From the NCBI GenBank assembly GCA_016928775.1, contig JAFGKD010000043.1, positions 1,834 to 65,833 of the forward strand: DNA of 64,000 nucleotides. The letters run 5' to 3'. This DNA is from Candidatus Zhuqueibacterota bacterium. Its GTDB lineage: Bacteria > Zhuqueibacterota > Zhuqueibacteria > Residuimicrobiales > Krinioviventaceae. Under the pieces are notes generated by a model. It was not told the DNA's origin and made no database searches. It saw only the letters and a program-made list of their open reading frames with translations. The translations under genes and the position numbers were made by a program. This document shows positions 49,428-59,978 of the stretch, piece after piece (positions within the stretch are counted from its first letter, which is position 1; each line of letters opens with the position of its first letter).

Positions 49428-49614
49428 ACTTCACCATCCGTCGATATGCTATTCCACAAAATTAAATTTATATTTACAAATTAAATAAAAGACTAATTTT
49501 ACATAAAGTTTGTGTAAACATTTGAGTTGAATTTATTATCCCAATTCATTTAATTAACCAGGCTGATGCATAGGCCTCTTAACAGTTGAATCGAAAAAAT
49601 CAGGAAAAACAGCA

Positions 49615-51204
49615 ATGAGAAATCTCTTACTTTTCGCGACAACGCTCGCTCTATGTTTGAGCGTTATTACTGCTTCTGCTACAACGTATTATGTCGATCC
49701 AGTGCATGGTGATATCAACAATGTCGGCAACCGGGAACAACCCTGGAGCACCCTGGAACAGGTATTTCGGAGCCGGAAAGCGCTTGCGCCGGGAGACACC
49801 CTCTTTCTGCTCAACGGGCATCACGGCTCTCCGGTTATTCGAGGAGTCAACTCGGATTATATCGTCATCAGTGCCTTGCAAGGTCATGTGCCCGCTTGTC
49901 AAAAAGTCACTTTTAGCGCCGCGGCCAAATGGGAATTTGCTGATGTGACGATCAGTCCTGAAACCGCAGCCAAATATGTCCGAGGAACATTAGTGACTAT
50001 CGACGGTAATGCCACTGATATTAATGTCGAGAACTGCCGATGCTACTCGGTGCTCGATAACTCGCCGTGGTCACGAGATGACTGGGTCGCAAAATCATGC
50101 ACCGGTGCACAAGTGGAAGGGGACCGCAATGTGATCAGAAACTGTTCCTTTCTCAATGTCAAGCATGGCATCCTCGTCGAATCCGCGGCAGAGCATAATC
50201 TCATCGACCGGAACATCATTGAAAATTTTGCTGCCGACGGGATGCGAGGCATCGGCAGTTATAACACCTTCCAATACAACACTGTGAAAAATTGTTACGA
50301 TGTAGATGATAATCATGACGACGGTTTTCAATCGTACAGCTACGGCCCCGACGGTGTTGGCAAGACAACGGTTCGAGGAGTCGTTTTACGCGGCAATACG
50401 ATCATCAACTATGACGATTCCAGGCAAAAATTTCGCGGCACCCTGCAGGGGATCGGCTGCTTTGACGGCATGTATGAAGACTGGATAATTGAAAACAATG
50501 TCATCATCACAGATCATTGGCATGGAATTTCACTCTATGGAGCACATAATTGCAAGATCGTCAATAACACGGTTATCGATCAAAATGACATGTCGCCCGG
50601 GCCACCGTGGATAAAAATCACTGCGCACAAGAACGGCACAAATAGCACGGAGAACATCATCCGAAACAACCTGACGACCAGTCTGTCGAATGATGCTAAC
50701 ATCGGTACAGTCGATCATAATATGAGCCTCAGCTACACCAGTTACGGGACTTTTTTTGTCGATTTTAGCCGTTTTGATCTCAGCTTGCGAAAAGGCTGCC
50801 GTGCAATTGACCGTGGAACAGAGCAGGATGCGCCAACAATCGATATTCTGGGTACCAGTCGCCCGCAAGGCGATGGCTATGACATCGGCGCGTACGAGTA
50901 TGTCGAGTCAAGTGCAGCATTGAACAATCCGGCACATCGCCCGGTTTCTTTTCGGATGGATAACCATCCAAATCCATTCAACCCGACAACCACGATCACC
51001 TATTCACTCCCCCACAGCGAGCATGTCGTTCTGAATGTCTATAATGTGCTCGGTTGCCTCATTCAGGAGCTGGTCAATGAGCGCCAGCGTGCAGGCGACT
51101 ATGCCATCACATTCGACGGTGCAAATTTGTCGAGCGGTGTATTCCTCTGCAGACTGACAACAGATTCACAATCCTGGAGCAAACGAATGCTATTGCTCAA
51201 ATAA
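49615..51204 (+). CDS. Right-handed parallel beta-helix protein (lyase-like) with T9SS-type CTD
   Basis: TTYYVDP, PGDTLFL..G.H, Asn-ladder repeats, NHDDGFQ, DILGTSRPQGDGYDIGAYEY, C-terminal HPNPFNP...KRMLLLK. Confidence 0.85.
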   Translation: MRNLLLFATTLALCLSVITASATTYYVDPVHGDINNVGNREQPWSTLEQVFRSRKALAPGDTLFLLNGHHGSPVIRGVNSDYIVISALQGHVPACQKVTFSAAAKWEFADVTISPETAAKYVRGTLVTIDGNATDINVENCRCYSVLDNSPWSRDDWVAKSCTGAQVEGDRNVIRNCSFLNVKHGILVESAAEHNLIDRNIIENFAADGMRGIGSYNTFQYNTVKNCYDVDDNHDDGFQSYSYGPDGVGKTTVRGVVLRGNTIINYDDSRQKFRGTLQGIGCFDGMYEDWIIENNVIITDHWHGISLYGAHNCKIVNNTVIDQNDMSPGPPWIKITAHKNGTNSTENIIRNNLTTSLSNDANIGTVDHNMSLSYTSYGTFFVDFSRFDLSLRKGCRAIDRGTEQDAPTIDILGTSRPQGDGYDIGAYEYVESSAALNNPAHRPVSFRMDNHPNPFNPTTTITYSLPHSEHVVLNVYNVLGCLIQELVNERQRAGDYAITFDGANLSSGVFLCRLTTDSQSWSKRMLLLK

Positions 51205-51289
51205 TTTACAAGCTGCGATATGCCAGGGACTTATTTTCCAGCGATTCTGGAGTCCAGGAGATAACAAAAAATCAAAATGAGGACGATTT

Positions 51290-53512
51290 ATGAAAGTCAT
51301 GACTATTCTGATTATATTTGCATTAATTCTGTGCGTCACGGAAGCTGGATCACAGACAAATCTTGAAGAATTAAAATCCTGGTTCCCCTTTTCGCCGCAA
51401 TATAAAACAGCTGCAAGCCTGCTCGGCATGGCTGACTGGCTGGATGCACCGGCGGGCAAACATGGTTTTTTGCAAATAAAAAATGAAAAGCTGCTTTTTG
51501 AAGATGGCACGCTAACTAAATTGTGGGGGACCAACATCTGCAGCCGTCTCCCCTACGTTGATGCGGCCACTGCGGACAGCTTTGTCAATTTCACCAGTCA
51601 ATACGGTATCAACGCGATACGATTTCACAAGTTCACCCGGGCGGCTTATCGCGGTGATGTCTCCACGGAGTTGGACTCGACAAAATTTAGACGGTTCGAT
51701 TATTTTCAAGCCAAATTGCGCGAGAAAGGCATCTACTATGGCTGGTCGCATATTTATGGTCATCGCGTGCTGCCAGGCGACAGCAGCAGATTGTTAGCCT
51801 ATTCGGAGATAAAAAATCTCAGCTACCCGTGGGCGCATCTGAACGGTTCAACCTCGAGTCTGGTTAATTTCGCGCCCGATCTGCAGGAATTGAGTATTGA
51901 GCTGACGGTCAACATGCTGAATCACGTCAATCCTTACACGGACCTCCGCTATGCCGAAGATCCGGCATTGGCTTTTATTGAGTTTCAAAATGAAGATAAC
52001 ATTTTCTGGAGCGCGATAACCAAATCGCTGGAACAGGCGCCAACGTATCGCGCGTTGCTCTGCAAACAGTTCTCGGAATGGCTGCAAAACAAATATGGCA
52101 GTCAAGCCGAACTCGAAAAAGCGTGGGGTGCGGATAATATCACAGCGGGCGAAAGCCTGGACAATTTGAATATATTCCCCGATCCCAACCATGGCTTGTT
52201 TAGCTGGGAGTATGAAACGTCGTTGCGAGAAAAACGTCCCATGGCGCAGCACATTCTCGATAAAATGCGCTTTCTCTACGAAACCCAGCTGACTTTTTAC
52301 AGAAAATTTGAAAAGGCCATTCGTGATACCGGCTACCGAGGCGTTTTGGTCGGCTCGTGCTGGCAGGCGGGTTCAGGGCCGGCGCATTTTTATAACGTGC
52401 ACACCGATTATTTGGTCGGCATGATCGACCGGCATAACTATTTTGGCGGTGGCGCCGGCGGTCACTCTTTGGCTGAAGGAGAGGTTCACAATCACGCCAT
52501 GATTGCGCAGCCGGGCTCGGGATTGTTAAGTACTGGTACTCAACAAATCGTTGACCGACCATTTTCCTTTTCAGAATGGATGAGTCTGGTGCCCAACGAA
52601 TGGACTGCTGAAGCGGCACCGCTCATCGCTATTTACGGCATGGGATTGCAGGGCTGGGATGCCTCCTTCTCTTTTGCGACCGACATCCCCAGATTCTCAC
52701 GATTTCTCGAATCCGAGCGACATGGCGTGTATAATGCCACCAGCCCGTTGCACATGGGACTCTATCCGGCGCTCGCCCGTTTGGTTTATCGCGGAGATGT
52801 GGCAGAAAGCCCGGTTCTGGCCACCAAAAAGGTTCACCTGCCTTCTCTGACCGATGGCACGCTCGGCTTTACGGAGCGGGTCAAGCAAGGATATGATATC
52901 AAAGAATTTTCCGGAACAATTCCACCCGAAACAATCGCTATCGGCCGGTTTCCGGTTCAATTTGCCGAGACGTTTCAGGAGACAATTATCCCCGATCTTG
53001 ATCTTTATTGGGATAAGGAAAGAAAAATCATCAGCTCGGCCACTAACGAATTAACCTGGATGTATGGTGATAAAAAATATGTCACCGTCAATACGACAGC
53101 AAGCAAGTGCATCATCGGTTTTTCCGGCGGGGAAAATATAAAGCTGGGGGATTGGCAGATAAAATGTGAAAACCGATTCGTCGTTTTTCTGATGACCGAT
53201 CTGGCGCGAGAAGGAGATTTACAAACTGCGGATCAAATATTGATCACCGCCGTCGCCAGAGGTCGCAATACCGGTATGGTCTACGAATATACCGATGATC
53301 AAACACTCCTGACCGCAAAAGGCACACATCCGCTGCTGCTCGAGCCGGTCAAGGCGTCCATCACTGCTATGACGCCCGCTCCATTTGATGTTTATGTGCT
53401 TGATCACGACGGCGTCAAAACAAATCAAAGTGTTCCGGTTCAGAATGGAGTATTTGTTATTGAAGGCGAAAAATACAAAACGATCTATTATCTCGTGGAC
53501 AGGAAAAATTAA
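51290..53512 (+). CDS. Secreted clan GH-A-like glycoside hydrolase (GH5/GH42-like)
   Basis: APAGKHGF, LWGTN, GINAIRFH, HVNPYT.LRYAEDPALAFIEFQNE, RPFSFSEW, LQGWDA. Confidence 0.7.
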   Translation: MKVMTILIIFALILCVTEAGSQTNLEELKSWFPFSPQYKTAASLLGMADWLDAPAGKHGFLQIKNEKLLFEDGTLTKLWGTNICSRLPYVDAATADSFVNFTSQYGINAIRFHKFTRAAYRGDVSTELDSTKFRRFDYFQAKLREKGIYYGWSHIYGHRVLPGDSSRLLAYSEIKNLSYPWAHLNGSTSSLVNFAPDLQELSIELTVNMLNHVNPYTDLRYAEDPALAFIEFQNEDNIFWSAITKSLEQAPTYRALLCKQFSEWLQNKYGSQAELEKAWGADNITAGESLDNLNIFPDPNHGLFSWEYETSLREKRPMAQHILDKMRFLYETQLTFYRKFEKAIRDTGYRGVLVGSCWQAGSGPAHFYNVHTDYLVGMIDRHNYFGGGAGGHSLAEGEVHNHAMIAQPGSGLLSTGTQQIVDRPFSFSEWMSLVPNEWTAEAAPLIAIYGMGLQGWDASFSFATDIPRFSRFLESERHGVYNATSPLHMGLYPALARLVYRGDVAESPVLATKKVHLPSLTDGTLGFTERVKQGYDIKEFSGTIPPETIAIGRFPVQFAETFQETIIPDLDLYWDKERKIISSATNELTWMYGDKKYVTVNTTASKCIIGFSGGENIKLGDWQIKCENRFVVFLMTDLAREGDLQTADQILITAVARGRNTGMVYEYTDDQTLLTAKGTHPLLLEPVKASITAMTPAPFDVYVLDHDGVKTNQSVPVQNGVFVIEGEKYKTIYYLVDRKN

Positions 53513-53542
53513 AAAAAAGGCCTATTTATTGGCCACGGATTG

Positions 53543-54019
53543 TCATGCTGAAGGTGCCCGCTGCCAGGTCCAAAACTGCCGCTTTATTCCCCATGTGATA
53601 TACAAAATAATCAATAGTCCAACCGGGCTAAAAGCCGCTGCAACACTCCAGTACTCTAGCGCGTGGAATGGCCAGGCACCACTTGACACCGTCCCGTATG
53701 TATATATGATCGCCGAATAAAGTGATATGGATAATGTCACAACTCCCAATGGACGCCACCACCAAAATTGCGCAAAATAGGCGTAAACCAGAAACAAGAC
53801 CAGGCCGACGTTCACCGCATCAACAACACCAGTGACCAATAAAAAGTGAATAGTCTGGTCTTGCCAGCCCGCGGGTGGTGGAGAAGCCGGAAATCCAGGA
53901 GAGCTAAATTGAGCATAGTTCGATGCGGCACGAGCCAGTACATACAAATGCGTTAATTGGATCAGCCCATAGTAGCCCATGAGCACTTTTGCCAGGATGT
54001 GATATGGATTTTTTATCAA
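53543..54019 (-). CDS. Hypothetical membrane protein
   Basis: GGAGG RBS with TTG start; about four hydrophobic helices. Confidence 0.65.
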   Translation of the reverse strand: MIKNPYHILAKVLMGYYGLIQLTHLYVLARAASNYAQFSSPGFPASPPPAGWQDQTIHFLLVTGVVDAVNVGLVLFLVYAYFAQFWWWRPLGVVTLSISLYSAIIYTYGTVSSGAWPFHALEYWSVAAAFSPVGLLIILYITWGIKRQFWTWQRAPSA

Positions 54020-54065
54020 TTTAATAGCCTCCCATATGTTGCCTGCGGCATCCTTTGGTAGCAGA

Positions 54066-54971
54066 TTACAGAGAAAATTTTACGCCACTCAGCTCTTCCG
54101 ATATCGACCACAAACGCGCCGCGATATCTTTGTCATGCGACAGCTCGTTGGAGTGCACTTTTTTCGGATAACCACGCGCCTCCATAAAACCACCCGGACC
54201 AAAATAATCGGCACCTTTGGCAGGACCGACCGCTGCCATCAACGTTGGCAGTGCGCCCATGTCCATTTTTTGGCCAAAAATGGGATTAAAAAAGCGGAAC
54301 AGTCCGGCGTGCCGTTGCAAATTGGTTGCGGTCCAGCCGGGATGCGCGGCGGTGGCAATTGTATGTGCCCCGGCCGCTGTCAGTTTGCGCTGCAGTTCAT
54401 AGGTAAAATAAAGATTGGCAATTTTGCTCTGACCATATGCACGCACTTTGTCATATTTCTGTTCGCTGTTGAGGTCGTCAAAATTGACTTGACCCCAATT
54501 ATGCGCCGAACTGCTGACAGTCACCACTCGCGAGTTGTTTGTCTGCAAAATCCGATCGATCAACAGCCCAGTCAGCGCAAAATGCCCGAGATGATTAATG
54601 CCGAACTGCAGCTCAAAGCCATCTTCGGTTAGACCATACGGCGGCATCATCACGCCGGCGTTATTGATGAGCACATCGAGACGATCATAGTGGGTTTTAA
54701 ACTGCCCGGCAAAGGTCCGAACAGATGCCAGGCTGGCCAAATCCAGTGACATAAAGCGGGCATTCGATGTGCCGTTTTTTGCATTGATCGTGTCCACCGC
54801 CGCTTCTCCTTTTTGCGCATTTCGGCTCGCGACAATAACCGTGGCGTTTTTTGCCGCCAATGCTTTGGCTGTCTCATAACCGATTCCGCTATTGGCACCG
54901 GTGACAATGACGAGACGTCCGGTTTGATCCGGAATATTACTGTTGGTCCATTTACGTTTTGACATAGTCAT
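54066..54971 (-). CDS. SDR oxidoreductase (retinol dehydrogenase/WWOX-like)
   Basis: IVTGANSGIG, NNAGVM, GFELQFGINHLGHF, YGQSKIAN, AAHPG. Confidence 0.92.
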   Translation of the reverse strand: MTMSKRKWTNSNIPDQTGRLVIVTGANSGIGYETAKALAAKNATVIVASRNAQKGEAAVDTINAKNGTSNARFMSLDLASLASVRTFAGQFKTHYDRLDVLINNAGVMMPPYGLTEDGFELQFGINHLGHFALTGLLIDRILQTNNSRVVTVSSSAHNWGQVNFDDLNSEQKYDKVRAYGQSKIANLYFTYELQRKLTAAGAHTIATAAHPGWTATNLQRHAGLFRFFNPIFGQKMDMGALPTLMAAVGPAKGADYFGPGGFMEARGYPKKVHSNELSHDKDIAARLWSISEELSGVKFSL

Positions 54972-55160
54972 ACCTTAAATTTCTTCGATTCGTTTGAAAC
55001 CTCTTTTCTTGTCACAGAAACCGACTGACTGGTTCCTTTAATTTGCTTAACTCGAACCAACAGGATGAGAATAATATTCCGATCCTGTCAACAATTCTGA
55101 AATTTTCTCGAAAAAGCTGTATATTATCTCGCACTATTCAAGCTTGAAAAAAGAGGTGAG

Positions 55161-56996
55161 GTGATGAAATATCTGGTTGTTGCTATTTTTGTCATGTGCA
55201 TATCCGCATCTTTGGCTGACGCCCCGATTCCGATCCGCATCGATGTATCCACCACCTATCAGACCATCGATCACTTTGGCGCTTCGGATTGCTGGTCGTT
55301 TCAAAAAATTGGCGCGTGGGATATAGAAAACAAGGAGCGCGTGGCTGATCTGCTCTTTTCTCCTGAAAAAGGAATCGGTGTTTCCGCCTGGCGTTTCAAT
55401 ATCGGCGGGGGCATCAATCGACAAACAATCAGTCATCCATGGAGAACTGTGGAGACGTTCGAAGTTGCGGAGGGTGTCTATGACTGGTCACGCCAGGCCG
55501 AAGAACGCTGGTTTTTGCACGCCGCCAAAGAGCGCGGCGTAAAGCAATTTATTGCTTTTGTTAATAGCCCTCCGGGCCGCATGACGCGCAATGGCTACAC
55601 CAATTGTACGGAAGGACTCGGCAGCACAAATCTGAAACCCGGATATGAGGATCAATTTGTCCGTTATGTGGTCGATATTTTAAAATTTTTTCGCGATCAG
55701 GAGGGGATAACATTCAATTATATCAGTCCGGTGAATGAGCCACAATGGGAGTGGAACAACAGCAATCAGGAGGGCAATCGCGCCGGCAACGATGATATAA
55801 TCGCTATTGTCAAAGCCCTGCATGCGGAGCTGCAGCGCCAAAAAGTGGATACCGAGATATCGATCGTCGAAAGCGGCGATATCAAAAGCTGGCACCAGTT
55901 GAATTCAGGCATGACAGCCAAATACGGGGTAAAATATGGCAACTATTTGCAGGAGCTCATCGATAATCCCGCCATATCGGATAAAATCAGCACACATTTT
56001 GCCGGGCATTCCTATTGGTCGGATCGGCTGGACGGCCAGATGGTCGAACACCGGCTCACAGCACGGCCATTTTTCTCCGACTATTTCGCGCAGGGTTGGA
56101 CATACTGGATGACCGAATATTGTATTTTAGACGGACCCGAAGGCGCCGGTGGCAACGGCCGCGACGTGACGATAAAATCTGCGCTGGATGTCGCTCGAAT
56201 CATTCACTACGATCTCACCCATCTCGACGCTTCCGCCTGGAGCTGGTGGACGGCGGTATCACCGGAAAACTATAAAGACGGCTTGATCTACACCAATTAT
56301 AAAAGCAATCCCGCCTCACAGTCCATTATCGAATCAAAAATATTATGGGCATACGGCAATTTTAGTCGGTATATTCGTCCGGGATCGGTGCGGATTAAAC
56401 TCACCGGCGCGAACAATAAATACGGCCTTTTGGGATCAGCCTATGTGAATGAGACCGGCGATCGACTTTTTCTTATTTTTGTCAATGTTGCAGAAAAAGA
56501 TATTCCAGTGACACTTCAACTGTCCGGCCTTGCCCCTGAATATGTTGTCAGGACACTCACACCCTACATCACATCCAATAAAAATGATGAAAACCTAAAG
56601 CCATATCCACCCATCAATCCGGCTGACACCTACACCGTGCCGGCTCGTTCCGTCATGACCCTTGTTGGAGACATTCAAAACAATACTCAAATCAACTCAG
56701 GGCAGGCTATCCAGCCTCGCACAGTCAGATGGGTAAAGAACTATCCCAATCCCTTCAATAATAAAACAAGGATCGATTTCGCGCTTGACAAGCCAGCGGA
56801 TATAGAATTGAGCATTTACAACAACATGGGCCAAAAAGTGAAAACGCTTTCGTCGGGCTCGCAAATGGCGGGATCTTGCAGTGTGGACTGGGATGCGACC
56901 GATGCTTTTGGCAGAGTGATCAGCAGCGGTGTCTATTTTTGTGTATTGGCATCAACAGAAGGAGAAAAAACCATCAAGCTGCTGGTGCTGCAGTGA
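55161..56996 (+). CDS. GH30-family glycoside hydrolase with T9SS-type CTD
   Basis: YQTIDHFGASDCW, WRFNIGGG, SPVNEPQW, WMTEYC, NFSRYIRPG; C-terminal NYPNPFN...SGVYF...KLLVLQ. Confidence 0.88.
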   Translation: MMKYLVVAIFVMCISASLADAPIPIRIDVSTTYQTIDHFGASDCWSFQKIGAWDIENKERVADLLFSPEKGIGVSAWRFNIGGGINRQTISHPWRTVETFEVAEGVYDWSRQAEERWFLHAAKERGVKQFIAFVNSPPGRMTRNGYTNCTEGLGSTNLKPGYEDQFVRYVVDILKFFRDQEGITFNYISPVNEPQWEWNNSNQEGNRAGNDDIIAIVKALHAELQRQKVDTEISIVESGDIKSWHQLNSGMTAKYGVKYGNYLQELIDNPAISDKISTHFAGHSYWSDRLDGQMVEHRLTARPFFSDYFAQGWTYWMTEYCILDGPEGAGGNGRDVTIKSALDVARIIHYDLTHLDASAWSWWTAVSPENYKDGLIYTNYKSNPASQSIIESKILWAYGNFSRYIRPGSVRIKLTGANNKYGLLGSAYVNETGDRLFLIFVNVAEKDIPVTLQLSGLAPEYVVRTLTPYITSNKNDENLKPYPPINPADTYTVPARSVMTLVGDIQNNTQINSGQAIQPRTVRWVKNYPNPFNNKTRIDFALDKPADIELSIYNNMGQKVKTLSSGSQMAGSCSVDWDATDAFGRVISSGVYFCVLASTEGEKTIKLLVLQ

Positions 56997-57036
56997 CCCC
57001 AGGCAAGCGCTCGCGCTGAAAGTCCCTAGCACCCCA

Positions 57037-57071
57037 ATAAAAAAGCCGCTTCGATATTGTCGAAGCGGCTT
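57037..57071 (-). terminator. Intrinsic terminator between convergent genes
   Basis: Perfect 12-bp stem AAGCCGCTTCGA / TCGAAGCGGCTT with a flanking A-tract. Confidence 0.8.
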
Positions 57072-57091
57072 GATTACATCAACTGGCAGGT

Positions 57092-58435
57092 CTAAAAATG
57101 CACTCCCAAACCAACGGCAAATGCTATATTCGACCGGTTATAGGTCTCGACATACGGGATTCCGGAATCCATTTGAACGCCATCACGATCGCTTTCTTTG
57201 TAGATCGTATATAAAGCGCCTAAATCAATATCAATCAGATTGGCAAGCGTATAACGCAAGCCAATTCCGCCGGTATCGCTGCTCAAACTATGACTGATGT
57301 CCGTCTGATAGATATCTTTGACACCAGTGCTCGAACGGAGATAGCCGGCGCTGATCAAAAGCGCTTTTGCGACGTCGAATTCAAAGCCAAAGGAAAACTC
57401 GTTTAAATTCTTTCGCACGAGGTTCTCTCGTCCCTCCCAGTCGGCCATTTTGTCAAAATAGGTATTAAACGAAAATGAGCCACGAAATCTGGGGAAAAAG
57501 GCATATTCCATACCACAGGTCAAGATAGCCGGTATATCATTGCGGAATGTATAACCATCAGGAAACTGCCCCAGATCATCTTTTGTTGTCTCGTTGGTGA
57601 ATTCGAGGGCGGTGTTCATCTCGTATTTCAGACCAACATTGAGCGTTTCGGTGGGTTTAAAGTTCAAACCGATAATCGGGGTGATCCCGGTCGCTGTTTG
57701 TTTGACATCCACGGCTTTGTCGCTCACTCTGGCGGCTTGCTCAGCCATTCCAATCATTGAAAAAAACTGCGTGGCCGGGATAAAATTGCCTGTGAGCTGG
57801 GCGGGCGGATAAATCGGATTGATCAGGATGTTTTGAATCGCACCTTCATAGGTGTTCACTGCTGAAATGTAGCGTCCACCCAGGGAAACGGAAACAACCT
57901 CATTGAGCGCATAAGCGGCATTGAGCTGGAAGCCATAATAGACCGAGCTGCCATCAAAATTGATCGTGGCTCGGTAGGCTGTTGTTGGTATGCCTGACAT
58001 ACTCACATTTGCCGGTAGTAATGAAATCGGCATTTCAAAGGATGGCAGACCAGTGGCAAATTCGGCTGTACCGCCACCGCCATTGGGTCCAAAGCCAAAA
58101 GCGATAGCCCAGTTATCCTTTTTATACGAGGCATAAAAATTGGGAAAAAGCGGCACTTCCACGGTGCCAACGTATTCTTGCGAATTGAGTAACGGAAAAC
58201 TGTTTTTTACCTTTTTTTCCTGGTCGATGATTTGATTGTAAAACGCAATGTGAAAACCATCTTCCAGCTGAGTCAAGCCGGCCGGATTAAAGTAAGTGGC
58301 GTCGATTTCAGTAGACGCATTTCGTGACAGGGTGCGTATGAACTGAGCGCTCTGGTTGGTATTGGTAACGATTCCACCGGCAATAGCCAGTTGTGTAACG
58401 ATGAGTACAGTGACGAGGGCGATTGTTGTTCTCAT
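57092..58435 (-). CDS. FadL/OMPP1-like outer-membrane transporter
   Basis: GGIVTNTNQSAQFIR.LSRNAST.IDATYFNPAGL plug motif, beta-strands, C-terminal Phe. Confidence 0.85.
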   Translation of the reverse strand: MRTTIALVTVLIVTQLAIAGGIVTNTNQSAQFIRTLSRNASTEIDATYFNPAGLTQLEDGFHIAFYNQIIDQEKKVKNSFPLLNSQEYVGTVEVPLFPNFYASYKKDNWAIAFGFGPNGGGGTAEFATGLPSFEMPISLLPANVSMSGIPTTAYRATINFDGSSVYYGFQLNAAYALNEVVSVSLGGRYISAVNTYEGAIQNILINPIYPPAQLTGNFIPATQFFSMIGMAEQAARVSDKAVDVKQTATGITPIIGLNFKPTETLNVGLKYEMNTALEFTNETTKDDLGQFPDGYTFRNDIPAILTCGMEYAFFPRFRGSFSFNTYFDKMADWEGRENLVRKNLNEFSFGFEFDVAKALLISAGYLRSSTGVKDIYQTDISHSLSSDTGGIGLRYTLANLIDIDLGALYTIYKESDRDGVQMDSGIPYVETYNRSNIAFAVGLGVHF

Positions 58436-58612
58436 AGCATCTCCTCTCCATGATTGAGTTGAACTGCGTTCAAGTGAACTTGCTTCAAGATAAAAAAACT
58501 TGTGATTCTGTACAAGCTATTTCATCATTTTTTTCTATTTTTTTTTAGAATCGGAAATGCTCTGGGCGTGGCTCTTAAAACTCAAGAAAACAGTCCGCCG
58601 AAATGTTTGATG

Positions 58613-58646
58613 AAAAATCGGGCGGCTGGAAACCGCCCGTCGTTTT
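58613..58646. terminator. Intrinsic terminator
   Basis: CGGGCGG / CCGCCCG stem with an A-tract on the left and a T-tract on the right, just after the stop at 58651. Confidence 0.6.
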
Positions 58647-58650
58647 GATC

Positions 58651-59511
58651 CTATTTCACCTGGCCTGTCAGCACATCACTTGGGCATTTATTCCCCTCAA
58701 CCTCGATGTCCGCTTCACCACCGCCCAATACAATGTGAATGGAGCGATCGACACTCTTTTCGGCATAACCGCGCTCGCCCTCAAAAACAATATCTGCATG
58801 AAAAGTGCCGGTGATGACACCGCTCACTTTTTGCGACAGATTGCGACGGCTCCCCCTCGGACCCACCAGATCAGTGACCGTTAGATCGAGAACATGATCC
58901 GAGGTACGCCGAAAATTCCGCGTAGTGAGCGTATCGACCGCAGCACGGTGGTACGTCCCGTTAACCGTGATCATATCCTTGTGGGTATCTGTGGCTACAA
59001 ATGATCCGCCAATCTCTTTGAGAGCGTGCGACTTGTGGTTATTCTTGAAATAGCCACTGCCTTCGATGATCTCAAAGAGAATGCTACGCGCGGTATCTCC
59101 TTCGGTGATATAAAACTTTTGCGGCTGCCCGTTAGTGTCTTTAAATTGAACGGTGTAAATGCGATCCCAGTAGCCATAGGGAGTCTCACCGACCTGTCCA
59201 CGCTCGCGTTGCAGGATGACCGTCCATGTTCCAGTTACGTCATCATAGGTCGCTTCGCGATGGTCAAGAAAACCATCACCCGTGGCCTTGTCCAGTTGAA
59301 TGGATGACGTGAGTTCAAAAATATCGCCAACTTGATCGATAACACCACCGGATTGTTCACCCACCGCGCCGGCGACAGATTCGGCGACATCGCCATTTGC
59401 TTCGAGTTGAACCGTTGGCGTCGGTTCTGTTGAATTTCGCTCACTACAGCCGACAAGTAGAAAAAGTGAGGTAATGGTAACAAGCAAAAAACTATTCACT
59501 CTGACTTGCAT
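58651..59511 (-). CDS. Hypothetical lipoprotein
   Basis: Lipobox LLVGC after ATG 59511 (GGAG RBS); beta-rich body. Confidence 0.7.
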   Translation of the reverse strand: MQVRVNSFLLVTITSLFLLVGCSERNSTEPTPTVQLEANGDVAESVAGAVGEQSGGVIDQVGDIFELTSSIQLDKATGDGFLDHREATYDDVTGTWTVILQRERGQVGETPYGYWDRIYTVQFKDTNGQPQKFYITEGDTARSILFEIIEGSGYFKNNHKSHALKEIGGSFVATDTHKDMITVNGTYHRAAVDTLTTRNFRRTSDHVLDLTVTDLVGPRGSRRNLSQKVSGVITGTFHADIVFEGERGYAEKSVDRSIHIVLGGGEADIEVEGNKCPSDVLTGQVK

Positions 59512-59978
59512 ATCTTTCTCCTTTTTTTTCTGAATGCTTCCACTAATTGTATGTACTCGTGCACACCCGTCGACAAGTTTTATGCCAAAAAATGAAATGC
59601 TTTCTGCAACGAAAAGGCTATTTTCACAAATTTTTAGTAGATACAACAAGTCAAATAAAAACAGTACTTGGGGCATTGTGTCTTTGTGTGAATGGATTTT
59701 TCAGGCACAATATATCGCAGCAGCTAAAATGATAACACCTCTATCATCACGTGATCCTTTCGCTATTGCGCAGAAATTACATAGCGTAGATGAAAAAAAA
59801 TCGGCATATCATCTCTGCAAAAACGATCGTGACAAAAATGCCAAAAATTCCATAAATATTCCATATTCATTTAAATTTGTAAAATCTTGTCATTATCGGA
59901 TTTTCCATTTGCTAAAATCAATGAAATCTCTATATTACATGTCCTGAAACGCCTCCACTCTATCAAGGATGTACCAGC

